Shown here in pieces: positions 15,294 through 23,698 of a stretch of DNA of 33,048 nucleotides. The notes under the pieces were generated by a model that worked only from the letters and a program-made list of their open reading frames with translations, did not search any database and had not been told where the DNA came from. Every line of letters begins with the position of its first letter. Positions within the stretch are counted from its first letter, which is position 1. Made by a program: the position numbers and the translations under genes. Origin of the DNA: a virus (lineage: Duplodnaviria; Caudoviricetes); the IMG/VR virus record IMGVR_UViG_3300044670_000088, positions 1-33,048 of that record; one strand, given 5' to 3'.

Positions 15294-18200
15294 CTGACTA
15301 TTTCACCCTGTTCTTGTAAGCGCTGACTGTCTTCGTATGCTTGCGCTAAGTTAGCATATTTTGGAATTGCAAGTAACACTTCAAATCCCCTATCAAGATA
15401 TTGCTTGTTTAAAGCGCGTACCATAGACACACGATCCTTATCTGATGCCCGATCATAAGCACGGCCCAGAGGATTGCTTGTCGTTGTGGTCATCGCCTCT
15501 AACGCCTCGCGGAATGTTACGCGCCCTATGCGAGACTGCCTGACCGTTACCTCGTTTTTGCTCATGTCAATCCAGTCAGCCATTGCGCCATAGCTTAACT
15601 TCATGCCGCCTTTGCTTGACGGGTTTGTAAGCGGCCAGCCACCAGTCGCGGAAGATAACCGCATAAGCTCTGCTTGATAGTCTGGCACCTCTTCACCTTC
15701 GCGGATACGAATACCGCTAAGATTGTTGAAGATAGCCAGCCCCGGCTTTGTTGCAAGGCTAACATCATTGGCACCGATCTTATTGCCCAGCGTGTCAAAG
15801 ACTGGAGCATTGCGGTCATTCTCGTCGCGGAAGAAACTATCCTTAGATTGATAGCCATCCATTGTTTTAAACAAGCTAACGATCTGACTGCCAAAGTCAG
15901 TCTTAGGCATACCCACTAGCTTATAGTCTGGCGTACCGTCAGCCTTCGCATATTTAAACGTGCCATCTTCGTTTTTCTCTAGCACATCTTTTTCTGTGTA
16001 ATATGTAACGTCACCGCGTGGCCTAAGAACAGATGGATCTATCATGCGACCACGCGCTCGCTGCAACGAACTCACTGGGCTTGGGATACCTACAATCGTT
16101 GCAGCCTCTGCTGGCCCTCTGCCTAATCGCGTAGGATCGCCATACTCCAGAGCAAAGACAACATCAGACAATCCCTGCAGCATTGGCAGTTCTTTGTAGT
16201 AGTCTATTACAGATCCAACTGCAGCAGCCGCTAAGTTACCGCGCACCTCTGGATCTCTCGTCATATGCATCCGCTGCACTACGTCAGCAGTTAGCGCAAG
16301 AATACCGCCAACAGGTTCATAGCCAGAATAACTTACATAGGTTAGCTTTCCATTTGGCCTGCCATACACATCATAGAGCGGCATGTCATCGCCGTTCCGA
16401 TCTTTCGGCCAATCTTCGCCCCTAAACACAAGGCTATACGGTTGCCATCCAGATGGCAAAGCTTCCCGCAACTTAGGGTCAGACGGCATCGCTCCCGTAA
16501 TATGCCCCTGCATCGCATAGTTCGCCATGACAGCCATTGTGCCGCCGCCAACAGTTAAACGCCCTGCCGCCATCTGCTGCGCTCGCGCACCGTTTCTGCC
16601 AGAAAGATCTGCGTAAACCTTGGGGTTAACTCCCATAAACTCTGTTGTGCGCAAAAACGCGTTTGTTGGCGCAGTAGCAAATGGCAGGATCATTCTGCCT
16701 ACTGGAATGCCGCCAATGTCAAAGCGCTGCACCATCCCGGTAAACTTACCAAACTGGCCGAGATCGCTCTGCAGCGTGTCATACTTTGCTTTGTAGTCTA
16801 ACTCTTCTGCAACATACTGCGGATCTAGCAGCAGCATACCCGCTTCATCTTGCGCCTGCTCTACAGTCTTACCATCGCGCAGTGCTTTCTTATACTGCCG
16901 GTTTGCCTGCACGTATAACTCACCGCGCTGAGACATCGTTTTGAAAAACTCATCTGATGTCAGCAACAGACGAAAAGGTATGCGGATACGCTTACCAAGC
17001 TCTGTTGTAGCCTTAGCCAGCGTGCTGTCGCTTTCACCGGCAATCGATGTGTACTGCTCAACGTCTAGCTTGCTAGCCTCACTGGCAGGCACCTCTGTGC
17101 GCCATGCAATAGATCCAGCTTTTAACGCATCACGATAGCTGTCCATCCAGCCCTTGAACCGTAGCATCGCATCATCAACGTAAACCTGATCGTCACTGAT
17201 CGGATATGCATCTGTTCCAAGAACTGTTTTGCCTTTGCGAATTACAGATCCATACATTCCTGCAATCATCTCAGCGGGCAGTTGATATGCCATGAATGCT
17301 GCAGAGCCGACAATGTTTTTAACTTGCGTAGCAGGGTTGCTAAGAAGACCGGCCAAGTAAGCTTCAGAAATCATCTGCCGTGTTTTAGCTCTCCAGCCGC
17401 CACGCGCAAACTCATTCGCTCCACGCATACCATTTGCGTTTAAATCCTGCAGGAACCGCGTTGCCATTTCATCAACAAGATCTCCACCGCCGCTTTCCTG
17501 CAGTAATCGTTTGGCCTCTTGCGCCTGACGCACTGCGCTTTCTTCGCCGCCCACCTTAATCTGAAAAGACTGCAATGCACGCGCTGCCTCTGTTTGCGCG
17601 CCTTTGACCTGCAACTGTATGCCAGCATGTATTGATAGCTGCCTGCGGAATGCTAACCGATCTGCATCAGAGCCCATGCCAGACTTTATCTTTGTGGCTA
17701 GCGTTTCCAACTTGTCAGCGCTGCGCACCAATAGCTCACGCGCCGCAACCATTTGCTCTGCGTTTAGTGAGCCATCGCCAATCTTACGTTTTAGCAGTGC
17801 CTTGGTAAAGCCTGCTTCATCTGCTAGCGCCTCTGCGGCCCGATCAATCGTAACCTCATTCGGCACATAGCCACGCTTGCGCGCAACAGTCTCATCCTTG
17901 TAAATCTCAGACAGCGCTGTGATCGTAGCCTTTACGTCATCAGTCGTGTCCATGTAATCAAAGTTAAAGTCACCGCCTTCTTGCAGCGTCTTAATGCCAG
18001 CCTGCTGGCTTGTTAGTAATTCTTCTAGCTGATCGGTAACGCTTTCATCTGCTACACCAGTTTCTGGCTTAAACCCACGCGCCTCTGCTGTCAGAGACTT
18101 CTTTGCCATGTCATTGACATCAACTGCCAATGCTTCTGCTTCATCAGCCTCTTTGCTAATTGCTTCCTGCGCGCCCTCTAAGATCTGCGCTGTTTCATCA

Positions 18201-18574
18201 GGCTGCGCTTGAAAGCCACGCCGCTCAAACTCTACCACGCCTTCCGGGCTAAGAACCTGTGGAGCCAACGCCTTCTGCGTTGCACGCTGAGAATATGTGC
18301 CATCGTCAGGCACAAGCCCGCGCTCTTGCGGCGTAGGTACACGCGCTGGCATAGCAGGCTGGCGTCTTGCGGCAGGCACTTGCATTGGAGAAATAGGTTG
18401 CTGAACGCTGGTAGACATCTTGTCAAGAACTTCCAACAGCGCACGGGTGCCACCACCCGCAAGCTCTACGCCTTCACGTTCTGGCCCTACAGCAAATTCA
18501 GTCGGAGCGCCCGCAACTTGGATACGCTGCCGCTGTTCCTGCTCTTCAGCAAGCTGTGCTGGATCTATTGCCAT
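15290..18574 (-). CDS. Large internal virion/ejection protein (gp16-like position)
   Basis: 1094 aa, helical; GLLSNPATQVKN..DEFFK..LPFATAPTN; immediately upstream of the fibre. Confidence 0.8.
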   Translation of the reverse strand: MAIDPAQLAEEQEQRQRIQVAGAPTEFAVGPEREGVELAGGGTRALLEVLDKMSTSVQQPISPMQVPAARRQPAMPARVPTPQERGLVPDDGTYSQRATQKALAPQVLSPEGVVEFERRGFQAQPDETAQILEGAQEAISKEADEAEALAVDVNDMAKKSLTAEARGFKPETGVADESVTDQLEELLTSQQAGIKTLQEGGDFNFDYMDTTDDVKATITALSEIYKDETVARKRGYVPNEVTIDRAAEALADEAGFTKALLKRKIGDGSLNAEQMVAARELLVRSADKLETLATKIKSGMGSDADRLAFRRQLSIHAGIQLQVKGAQTEAARALQSFQIKVGGEESAVRQAQEAKRLLQESGGGDLVDEMATRFLQDLNANGMRGANEFARGGWRAKTRQMISEAYLAGLLSNPATQVKNIVGSAAFMAYQLPAEMIAGMYGSVIRKGKTVLGTDAYPISDDQVYVDDAMLRFKGWMDSYRDALKAGSIAWRTEVPASEASKLDVEQYTSIAGESDSTLAKATTELGKRIRIPFRLLLTSDEFFKTMSQRGELYVQANRQYKKALRDGKTVEQAQDEAGMLLLDPQYVAEELDYKAKYDTLQSDLGQFGKFTGMVQRFDIGGIPVGRMILPFATAPTNAFLRTTEFMGVNPKVYADLSGRNGARAQQMAAGRLTVGGGTMAVMANYAMQGHITGAMPSDPKLREALPSGWQPYSLVFRGEDWPKDRNGDDMPLYDVYGRPNGKLTYVSYSGYEPVGGILALTADVVQRMHMTRDPEVRGNLAAAAVGSVIDYYKELPMLQGLSDVVFALEYGDPTRLGRGPAEAATIVGIPSPVSSLQRARGRMIDPSVLRPRGDVTYYTEKDVLEKNEDGTFKYAKADGTPDYKLVGMPKTDFGSQIVSLFKTMDGYQSKDSFFRDENDRNAPVFDTLGNKIGANDVSLATKPGLAIFNNLSGIRIREGEEVPDYQAELMRLSSATGGWPLTNPSSKGGMKLSYGAMADWIDMSKNEVTVRQSRIGRVTFREALEAMTTTTSNPLGRAYDRASDKDRVSMVRALNKQYLDRGFEVLLAIPKYANLAQAYEDSQRLQEQGEIVR

Positions 18575-18590
18575 ATTACCTCACAAACGC

Positions 18591-18611
18591 AAAAGGGCGC
18601 ATATGCGCCCC
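18591..18611 (-). terminator. Palindromic hairpin, possible weak terminator
   Basis: GGGCGCATATGCGCCC (18595-18610) followed by TTTT on the minus strand. Confidence 0.45.
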
Positions 18612-18656
18612 ATTATATCGTCCTTGTAGCAGATTTAAGTCAACTGAGAAAGTTAT

Positions 18657-21413
18657 TTATTCAGTCGCAAAAATTTCATCTACTCTAGGCTTTAATCTTG
18701 CCACCTCTGCATCTTGCACAGCAAGAGCCTCGTCATAGTCTGTAAAGACCGGAACATCTACAGCTTCGCCAAAATAATCAGGGTCATACACAAACATTAC
18801 AACATCTGGCTCGCCGTTATTATACTTTGAGAATGTTGCTTTATCCCAATCGGGCGGCGCAAACTCATCATTCCACGGCAATCTAGCAACAGGCCTAAAA
18901 CCAATGGTTTTGTATATGCCCGGAAGATATGTATCGAATGCGTCAAGCTTACGGCCACCAGCAGCCACAGCCGCCTGCAACATCGCATATGCTCCACCTT
19001 CTGGTTCTGCTTTCGATGCAAAGACCGCAACAATGTCACCATCAGATTTTATTGCAAATCCACTGCCGTTATCTGTTCTGAATAGCTGCGCATTGGCTAG
19101 CTCATCAGCAGATTTAATTTCTACTTGCGCGCCAAACTCATGGCCTGCCATCGCTTCTGTCATGTCAGAGTTATATCCTGCAGCATTATCCGCGGCTTTT
19201 ACTTGACGTATTGTTGGAGTAGATAAACCCGCTGCCTGATAGCGCGCATTTGCCGCTGGATCTGGCGTAAACTCTAGAAGCCCATCTCCCTCATCCCCTT
19301 CAACACTTCCTCGCGTGTAAGGGATGGGTTCTTTTCTAATGTCTCCTTCAGCGCGTCCTCCCGCAACTTGAGGCCTGCGCTCGGCTCTGATGGCGCGCTT
19401 GGTTGGGCTGACTTCCCTGAAACCGGCAAGCCCCTCGCCTGCCTGTTCATCTCCAGCTTTAACTTCATCGCCTGCGCGAACTCCTGATCGTAAGTCATTT
19501 AATATCTTCTCCGATGCTTCTGAAAACGAACCGGGGCGCGAAACCACGCCTAAATCCGTAAACAAGTTTTGCTCATAGAACCACAGAATAGCCTGCGCGT
19601 CCTGCTCAGATAAACCTTCTTGACCGATCCTGTCAAGCAAGCGGGCAGTGAACTCTTCCATTCTGCGCCGCTCTGTTTGATTGCGCGGCCCACCAGCTAT
19701 AGATCCATCCGGGTTTCGCATATCCCCAAAGTGTCTATTATAGCTGCGAGAAAACCATACATCTTTTGTGGTGCCCTTGTATCCGTTTATATTCAAAGAA
19801 TATCTGCCGGTCTTATCGCCAAGCACCATAGCCCCAAGATGCACGCTATCCTTACCGCCGCTTAATCCACTAGGCCCGCCACCTAATCCTGCAGCTTTGC
19901 GAACATCTGTTAGCTCTTTTAGAGTATGCGGTGACAGCCACCAATCAGCAAAACCTTCTGGGCCAAGCTCATCAATTAGATGGCTGATAACTTTCATTCC
20001 AGCGCCAACAGACTTTTGCTTCATTCCCCAACCGGCACCTTTGATGCCTTCAGTTGTAGCACCCGCCGCTGGTGGGTTCACAGGAACCTTGCCTGTTTTT
20101 AGATATTGTAAAAACGCAGCCGTTGCAGCGCGTGTATTTAGATCAACCTTGTTTCCTATAGAAGTCGGAGCCGCAAAAGCAGACCAAATAATGCGCAGCG
20201 TTTCATTGTTCGCCAGATCCTCTAAGCCCGGAACCTTAGATAATGTTAGGAATGTTTTGTTTACGTCTTCGTCATACCAGCCTCGGCCGCTGACAGATTG
20301 ATCCATTTGATATTGTATCTCATCAGCCGCAGCATCTACTGCTACATCAAAGTCTTGATTAGACGTAGGATCTAATTTTCGGCCATGAATATTAACATGG
20401 TCTTCTTCAAAGAAATCTACCAGATCTTCTATCTTAGGCTTTTTGTTGCCTTTAGCCTGCGATATTTCAAGCACTCTGTTTCTTGCAGTTTCATTGGCAG
20501 CGCCATCTGTTCTGCGTTCTACATAAGATCCTACTGGTCTTTGCGGCCCAGCGGCAGCAGTCGCATCATCAATCGCGCCAACGCCAAACGAGCTAGTTGT
20601 CGGCATATCGCCGGGCTGGTTCATTCTTCTGCCAAGCTCGGTCAAAGCATTGCGTATAGCAGGCATTGACGCCTTCAAGCCCTTAGCACCCGCCGCAGTC
20701 AGCGGAAGAGCCTCAAGAAACGACAGGCCTGCCTCTAATGCGCCCATGCCAATCGTTAATGGATCGCCAGTATTCCTACCGCGCTCAAAAGTTCTCATGC
20801 CTTCCTGCGCACCAAAGAACAAACCTGCCGGTGTAAAATCAGCAACGCCCAAGCCTAGATCGCGTGTGCTTTCTGGATTACCCCACAAGCCCTCTGCCAT
20901 CTTGCGCGCAGTAGATCTATCAATTCCAAGCACCTCAAAGATCTGGCGCAAATCACCTTCAGTGTTTTCAAAGGTTAAACGCGTAAGATCTTCACGCATT
21001 GTCGGATCACCTGGCGTTACCATTGCAGCGCCCTCACGGCGCATACGCAGTTCCTCGCCTTCGCGCAACGGTTCTGTGCGTATGCTTGGCTCTTGCCCTT
21101 GCGGGATTATACCAGCGTCTTCTACTTCGTTCTGCGTAAATCCAGCCGCCTCGTAGTCAGCCATGTCAAACGGCCGATCCAGCGTGTCTGCGTAATCACG
21201 CACCTCTGCCAATCGATCTACCGGCTCTTCACCAAGCTTGACATAACCGCCGAGAGACAGTGGCACCAAAACGTCATTGCGCCCGTTCAAAGGATTGTAC
21301 ACAGCCATCTTGTCTCTTGTCGCGGCCAAGGGCGGGGGATTGCTGGCGATCAGCGTAGCCTCATCGTACTTGTCAATCTCTTCGTCGGTGTCCATTTGGA
21401 GGAGGTCAGCCAT
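18657..21413 (-). CDS. Polyvalent internal virion protein: N-terminal region, HhH/EndoIII-glycosylase-like domain, linker, GNAT-like domain
   Basis: GWY..APTSIGNKVDLN..GDKTGRY..N..G..TKDVWFSR..AQAILW; then GFAIKSDGDIVAVF..AVAAGGRKLDAFDTYLPGIYKTIGFRPVARLPW. Confidence 0.8.
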   Translation of the reverse strand: MADLLQMDTDEEIDKYDEATLIASNPPPLAATRDKMAVYNPLNGRNDVLVPLSLGGYVKLGEEPVDRLAEVRDYADTLDRPFDMADYEAAGFTQNEVEDAGIIPQGQEPSIRTEPLREGEELRMRREGAAMVTPGDPTMREDLTRLTFENTEGDLRQIFEVLGIDRSTARKMAEGLWGNPESTRDLGLGVADFTPAGLFFGAQEGMRTFERGRNTGDPLTIGMGALEAGLSFLEALPLTAAGAKGLKASMPAIRNALTELGRRMNQPGDMPTTSSFGVGAIDDATAAAGPQRPVGSYVERRTDGAANETARNRVLEISQAKGNKKPKIEDLVDFFEEDHVNIHGRKLDPTSNQDFDVAVDAAADEIQYQMDQSVSGRGWYDEDVNKTFLTLSKVPGLEDLANNETLRIIWSAFAAPTSIGNKVDLNTRAATAAFLQYLKTGKVPVNPPAAGATTEGIKGAGWGMKQKSVGAGMKVISHLIDELGPEGFADWWLSPHTLKELTDVRKAAGLGGGPSGLSGGKDSVHLGAMVLGDKTGRYSLNINGYKGTTKDVWFSRSYNRHFGDMRNPDGSIAGGPRNQTERRRMEEFTARLLDRIGQEGLSEQDAQAILWFYEQNLFTDLGVVSRPGSFSEASEKILNDLRSGVRAGDEVKAGDEQAGEGLAGFREVSPTKRAIRAERRPQVAGGRAEGDIRKEPIPYTRGSVEGDEGDGLLEFTPDPAANARYQAAGLSTPTIRQVKAADNAAGYNSDMTEAMAGHEFGAQVEIKSADELANAQLFRTDNGSGFAIKSDGDIVAVFASKAEPEGGAYAMLQAAVAAGGRKLDAFDTYLPGIYKTIGFRPVARLPWNDEFAPPDWDKATFSKYNNGEPDVVMFVYDPDYFGEAVDVPVFTDYDEALAVQDAEVARLKPRVDEIFATE
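19274..19498 (-). CDS. Nested (+1 frame) 74-aa gene inside the polyvalent protein
   Basis: GGAG-N10-ATG; helical protein-like sequence ending LEKNPSLTREEVLKGMREMGF; coincides with a low-complexity linker in the host frame. Confidence 0.65.
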   Translation of the reverse strand: MTYDQEFAQAMKLKLEMNRQARGLPVSGKSAQPSAPSEPSAGLKLREDALKETLEKNPSLTREEVLKGMREMGF

Positions 21414-23155
21414 TAGTTAAGAACCCCTTTGTTTATGTATTCACGCATTAAAGTGCTTTTTATTCTGCCGTAATTTCTTTGTTGCGCAGTTTGATCTGTG
21501 TCTGGATTGCTCCACCATGCATCTAAGCTTGCAATCGGATCGGCAGGATCTAGCACCAAACCAACGCCTGACAAGTCTTGGTTTACGTCCTCAACATACG
21601 CCTCATAATCTAGGCGCAGACCTAAGATAAACGCTTCTTGCTGGCCTGCAATTAGCTCTTTGGCTGCAGCATTAATTTCTTGCGGTGTCATTCTAGCGTC
21701 AGGCGTAAACCGGCGCTCAACAACCATTGCCTCAAGCTCTTGCACCACGGCGTAATACGCAGCCTTTGACGCTCGCCCAGCGTCAGGATCACCAGCGCTA
21801 AGCTCATCATACTGAAACGTAGCCTTAGCAATGCGCTTTGCATCACCCAGCGCCGCATCTTCTTCTGACGCAACTGCGTCCAAGAAAAACTTAAAGTCAG
21901 CCCTTGTTAGCTGGGCTCTGCTTTCTTGCACGTCCATAGCCGTTAGCTCGCCAAAATCTTTCTTAACAAACAAGTTTTCATAAACCGTTTCATTACTTTT
22001 CGTTGCAAATCGCAACACCGGCTCATCTTCGTACTTGTCAAAGTTGGCTTGCATCGTAGGCGTTACAGCATTGTTTATATATAAAAACTTTTTCATTTCT
22101 TCAGCCGCTGTTGATGCTAAAATTTCTGCATCTGGGTCTGGAAACTTATCTTTTAAATCTGGGATGTAACGCGTAATTTCAATAGCTTTAACTCTTTCAC
22201 CGGGCTCAAATCCTGCAGCGAAATATGTAAATCTGTTTGCAGCCTGATCTATGGCAAAGTTCCTGTAATCTTCTAACTTTTTCTCTAGCTTTTCCTCTGC
22301 ATTGGCAAAGCGCGTTGCAACCTTCAGCGCATTGTCCAGCACCGCAACAGCATCATCTCTCGGCAGGTTCTGTAGCGTGTAAAGCGGATAACCGCCATTC
22401 GGCAAGTCACCAGTCTTGTCTGGATCAAGCTCACCAGCATCAATCTGCTCTAGCGCGCCAATCAGGTTCAGCACTCTAATCGGATCGGCACCCACATATG
22501 AGCCAACAACATTTTCGGCAATGTCGGTCTTCATCTTGAGATTGCTAAGCTTTACAACGTTAGCGTTTGCTGCGCCTGTCTTAACCAGACGCCCCTGATC
22601 GATAGCAACGCCCGTCAGAGCATTGTCGTAGTCTTCCCTTGTTGCGTCAGGATCAGACAGCAATTGAACAACACCAGACTGCCGAGAAGCAAGCGCAGCC
22701 TGATTGGCCGCATCAATCTTTCTGTCCAGAACGCCGCGCAGTTTAAACCGAGCATCAAGCTCCATCTGCCCAAAGCGCTCTTCAAACGCTCTGCGGGTAA
22801 ATCTATTCGGGCCCAGAGCCTCTAGCACCTTGTCGCGGATGCCTTGGCTTTCCTCATTCCATAGAGGGTTTTCGCCATCTAACACATTGTATGGCTGATC
22901 AGAGCGCGCAAAGTCTCTTGCCGCCATGTTCAAGCCTTCTGTTGCTGCGAGCAAGCCCTCGTTTAGCTTAGTCTCTTCTGCCACCTTGTAACGCATCTTA
23001 GCGTAGGCACCGACCTGACCAAGCACCTCACCAAGCACTTCGCCCTTCTGTAACTCTGCCTGAGCCAAAACACTGCCGCGCATACGCGCTCCAATGCTTC
23101 TGCCGGGTGCTTCACTGGTTGCGGCAATCTCACTACGATAAACTGGTATTCTCAT
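21413..23155 (-). CDS. Internal virion/ejection protein (gp15-like position)
   Basis: 580 aa, helical; MRIPVY start; lies between the small ejection protein and the polyvalent protein. Confidence 0.8.
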   Translation of the reverse strand: MRIPVYRSEIAATSEAPGRSIGARMRGSVLAQAELQKGEVLGEVLGQVGAYAKMRYKVAEETKLNEGLLAATEGLNMAARDFARSDQPYNVLDGENPLWNEESQGIRDKVLEALGPNRFTRRAFEERFGQMELDARFKLRGVLDRKIDAANQAALASRQSGVVQLLSDPDATREDYDNALTGVAIDQGRLVKTGAANANVVKLSNLKMKTDIAENVVGSYVGADPIRVLNLIGALEQIDAGELDPDKTGDLPNGGYPLYTLQNLPRDDAVAVLDNALKVATRFANAEEKLEKKLEDYRNFAIDQAANRFTYFAAGFEPGERVKAIEITRYIPDLKDKFPDPDAEILASTAAEEMKKFLYINNAVTPTMQANFDKYEDEPVLRFATKSNETVYENLFVKKDFGELTAMDVQESRAQLTRADFKFFLDAVASEEDAALGDAKRIAKATFQYDELSAGDPDAGRASKAAYYAVVQELEAMVVERRFTPDARMTPQEINAAAKELIAGQQEAFILGLRLDYEAYVEDVNQDLSGVGLVLDPADPIASLDAWWSNPDTDQTAQQRNYGRIKSTLMREYINKGVLN

Positions 23156-23688
23156 TTAAAGATCTCCCCCAACCCGCCAACAGCATAAATATCCTGTGAT
23201 GCTGTTCCCAAGCTATTAATCAAGCTGCGCGTGCCTTGCGCTCTAAGACCAGCAGCCTGCGCGCCGCCTTCCATCCGAGCAAGCTGCGCATTTAAAGAAG
23301 CCTCTTCCTGCGCATCGCTAATCTGCATGTTCGTAATGCTGTTGTTAAACCGCGCAACCTTTTGCGTGTAATCAAATTCTCTGGCATTCTCGCGCAACAC
23401 ATCCATTGGCGTGCCGCTGCTTAGATCAAACCCACCGTAAGAAAACCCAGAGCGCACACCGCCCTGCACCTCATCCTCAAACGCATCCCGCGCCCGATCT
23501 TGCTCAACTAAAAAGTTAGCGTTGATAATATCTCTTTGCCTGCCCAGAAGATCTATGTCACGCTCGATCAGGCTAGCATTAAAGTCAGCAGCTTCTTGCG
23601 CCCTGCGGGCTGCAGCATTCGCAGAATTTTTCTGCTGAATGCCGCCTAAGATCGTCATGCCTAAAGATATGGCTTGGAATATACTCAT
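23152..23688 (-). CDS. Small internal virion/ejection protein (gp14-like)
   Basis: Hydrophobic N-terminus, A/Q-rich helices, SYGGFDLSSGTPMDV. Confidence 0.8.
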   Translation of the reverse strand: MSIFQAISLGMTILGGIQQKNSANAAARRAQEAADFNASLIERDIDLLGRQRDIINANFLVEQDRARDAFEDEVQGGVRSGFSYGGFDLSSGTPMDVLRENAREFDYTQKVARFNNSITNMQISDAQEEASLNAQLARMEGGAQAAGLRAQGTRSLINSLGTASQDIYAVGGLGEIFK

Positions 23689-23698
23689 CTATCTAGCC

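Noticed and set aside
18797-19042. Second alternative-frame ORF in the polyvalent gene
   Set aside because: It overlaps the conserved GNAT-like domain, has no SD and has a shadow-like Cys/Arg/Leu composition, unlike 19274-19498.
19768-21156. Long plus-strand ORFs antisense to late genes (also 32483-33040 and many others)
   Set aside because: Antisense shadows of real genes with no RBS or recognisable motifs.
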